Assembly: GCA_016776605.1 (NCBI GenBank)
Contig: JADHTB010000002.1
Location: 130,842-194,841, forward strand
Reading direction: 5' to 3'
Length of the DNA stretch: 64,000 bases
Source: Alphaproteobacteria bacterium
GTDB lineage: Bacteria > Pseudomonadota > Alphaproteobacteria > GCA-2731375
Below, piece by piece: positions 63,264 through 64,000 of the stretch; the stretch's first letter is position 1, and every line of letters starts with the position of its first letter. Position numbers and translations under genes: made by a program. The notes beneath the pieces are model-generated. The model ran no database searches, was not told where the DNA came from, and worked only from the letters and a program-made list of their open reading frames with translations.

Positions 63264-64000
63264 CTAATTCCGCATGATGGCGACGGCGCCATCTCCCATA
63301 TCGCCATAGCCGGTAACCAGGCCAATATTGGCGTTGGCGACCTGGGCCCTGCCACCAGTACCGCGCAATTGTTTGACCAACTCACAGACGTGGTTCATGC
63401 CGATGATATGGGATTGCGAGAGCAATCCGCCGTGGGTATTGATGGGCAGTTCACCGCCCAGGGCGATGCGGCCGTTGGAAACAAAATCCCCGCCTTCACC
63501 TTTCTTGCAAAAGCCCAGATCTTCCAACTGGCACATCACGATATAGGTGAAACAGTCATAGATTTCGGCGACGTCGATATCCTTGTGGCTGACGCCGGCC
63601 ATGCCGAACGCCCGCGGCGCTGCCTTGGCCGTGCCAAGGGTGGTTATGTCCGGGCGCTGGGTGATGGTGGAGGGGGAGTCGGGATGCCCCTCGGCCACGC
63701 CCATGATGTAGATCGGCTTTTGCGCCAGATCCTTGGCCGCCTCGGCCCTGGAAATGATAACCGCCGCGCCGCCATCGCTCTCCAGGCAGCAATCGAACAG
63801 ACGCAGAGGGTCCGATATCATGCGGGAATTCTGATGATCCTCGATGGTCATCGGTTTTTGCATCACCGCATTGTCGTTCAGGATGGCATTCGAACGCACG
63901 GTCACGGCGATTTCCGCCAATTGACGCGACGTCGTGCCGTACATTTCCATATGGCGGCGCGCCATGTGCGCATACAGCTGTGGCGGCGCGATATTCCCCG
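63264..64000 (-). CDS. SCP-x/thiolase-like protein (C-terminal part; the 5' end lies beyond the window end)
   Basis: Thiolase C-terminal domain motifs (…NTHGGLLSQSHIIGMNHV…GDMGDGAVAIM). The minus-strand frame is open to position 64000. Confidence 0.75.
   Translation of the reverse strand, partial: GNIAPPQLYAHMARRHMEMYGTTSRQLAEIAVTVRSNAILNDNAVMQKPMTIEDHQNSRMISDPLRLFDCCLESDGGAAVIISRAEAAKDLAQKPIYIMGVAEGHPDSPSTITQRPDITTLGTAKAAPRAFGMAGVSHKDIDVAEIYDCFTYIVMCQLEDLGFCKKGEGGDFVSNGRIALGGELPINTHGGLLSQSHIIGMNHVCELVKQLRGTGGRAQVANANIGLVTGYGDMGDGAVAIMRN

Noticed and set aside
1-64000. tRNA/rRNA genes and IS/transposase/integrase genes
   Set aside because: Scanning intergenic regions found no tRNA-like cloverleaf hallmarks (GTTCGAATC-type T-arm with matching acceptor stems) and no rRNA-like segments. 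No ORF showed transposase (DDE) or integrase (R…HxxR…Y) signatures. The duplications therefore cannot be attributed to a recognisable IS here. An automated search with tRNAscan or Infernal would be needed for certainty.

Overview
This 64 kb window is high-GC (about 60-65 %) and looks alphaproteobacterial, possibly Rhodospirillales-like. The hallmarks are the argS–SPOR–nagZ–scpA–scpB–tatA–tatB–tatC synteny, a short flagellin of about 270 aa with FlbT/FlaF regulators, and an ATP-synthase zeta inhibitor (DUF1476). I found no rRNA, tRNA, CRISPR array, integrase or transposase.

Layout of the window:
1. 1–5 kb: a partial PRMT-like SAM methyltransferase, two adjacent acyl-CoA dehydrogenases, a hypothetical protein with an acidic tail, and a PhyH-type dioxygenase.
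2. 5–15 kb: housekeeping genes xthA, erpA, dgt, argS, a SPOR protein, nagZ, scpAB and tatABC.
3. 15–28 kb: an accessory, rearranged segment. It holds an amidohydrolase-2, an IlvD/EDD-family dehydratase and a cyclase-family + cupin module duplicated about 5 kb downstream. Copy 2 is decayed and fused to a sulfatase fragment. There are three copies of a sulfatase-3'-end/GFA-5'-start scar, an AT-rich islet, a membrane-anchored class III adenylate cyclase, an MFS transporter and one intact formylglycine-type sulfatase.
4. 28–35 kb: DUF1028, the OtnK/OtnC tetronate kinase–decarboxylase pair, a cupin, DinB, the zeta inhibitor, purB and a DASS transporter.
5. 35–46 kb: two orphan acyl-CoA carboxylase beta (carboxyltransferase) genes, one in an operon with a CaiB-type CoA-transferase and an SDR. 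Also an alpha/beta hydrolase, MscS, a GcvR-like protein and further SDRs.
6. 46–51 kb: a small-gene islet, cytochrome c, znuC-znuB-zur and a translationally coupled sulfotransferase.
7. 51–56 kb: a 983-aa TPR + GT41 (OGT/FlmG-like) protein next to flagellin-flbT-flaF.
8. 56–64 kb: DUF192, a PaaI thioesterase, a three-subunit molybdenum hydroxylase whose FAD subunit carries a Cys-rich (putative 4Fe-4S) insertion, MAPEG, an SDR, DUF35 and a partial SCP-x thiolase.

A family of palindromic MITE/REP-like elements of about 80–120 bp occurs four times. In three copies the terminal repeat (…CTAGAGCAATT) supplies the TAG stop codon of the adjacent gene. One copy sits between tatA and tatB.

Most novel candidates:
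- the flagellin-adjacent sulfotransferase + TPR-GT41 pair, a possible sulfated flagellin glycan;
- the 4-hydroxybenzoyl-CoA-reductase-like molybdenum enzyme;
- the MITE family that donates stop codons;
- the duplication/decay mosaic with its cyclase–cupin module;
- the orphan carboxyltransferases.

All calls are from reading the sequence and the ORF track. No database search was run.
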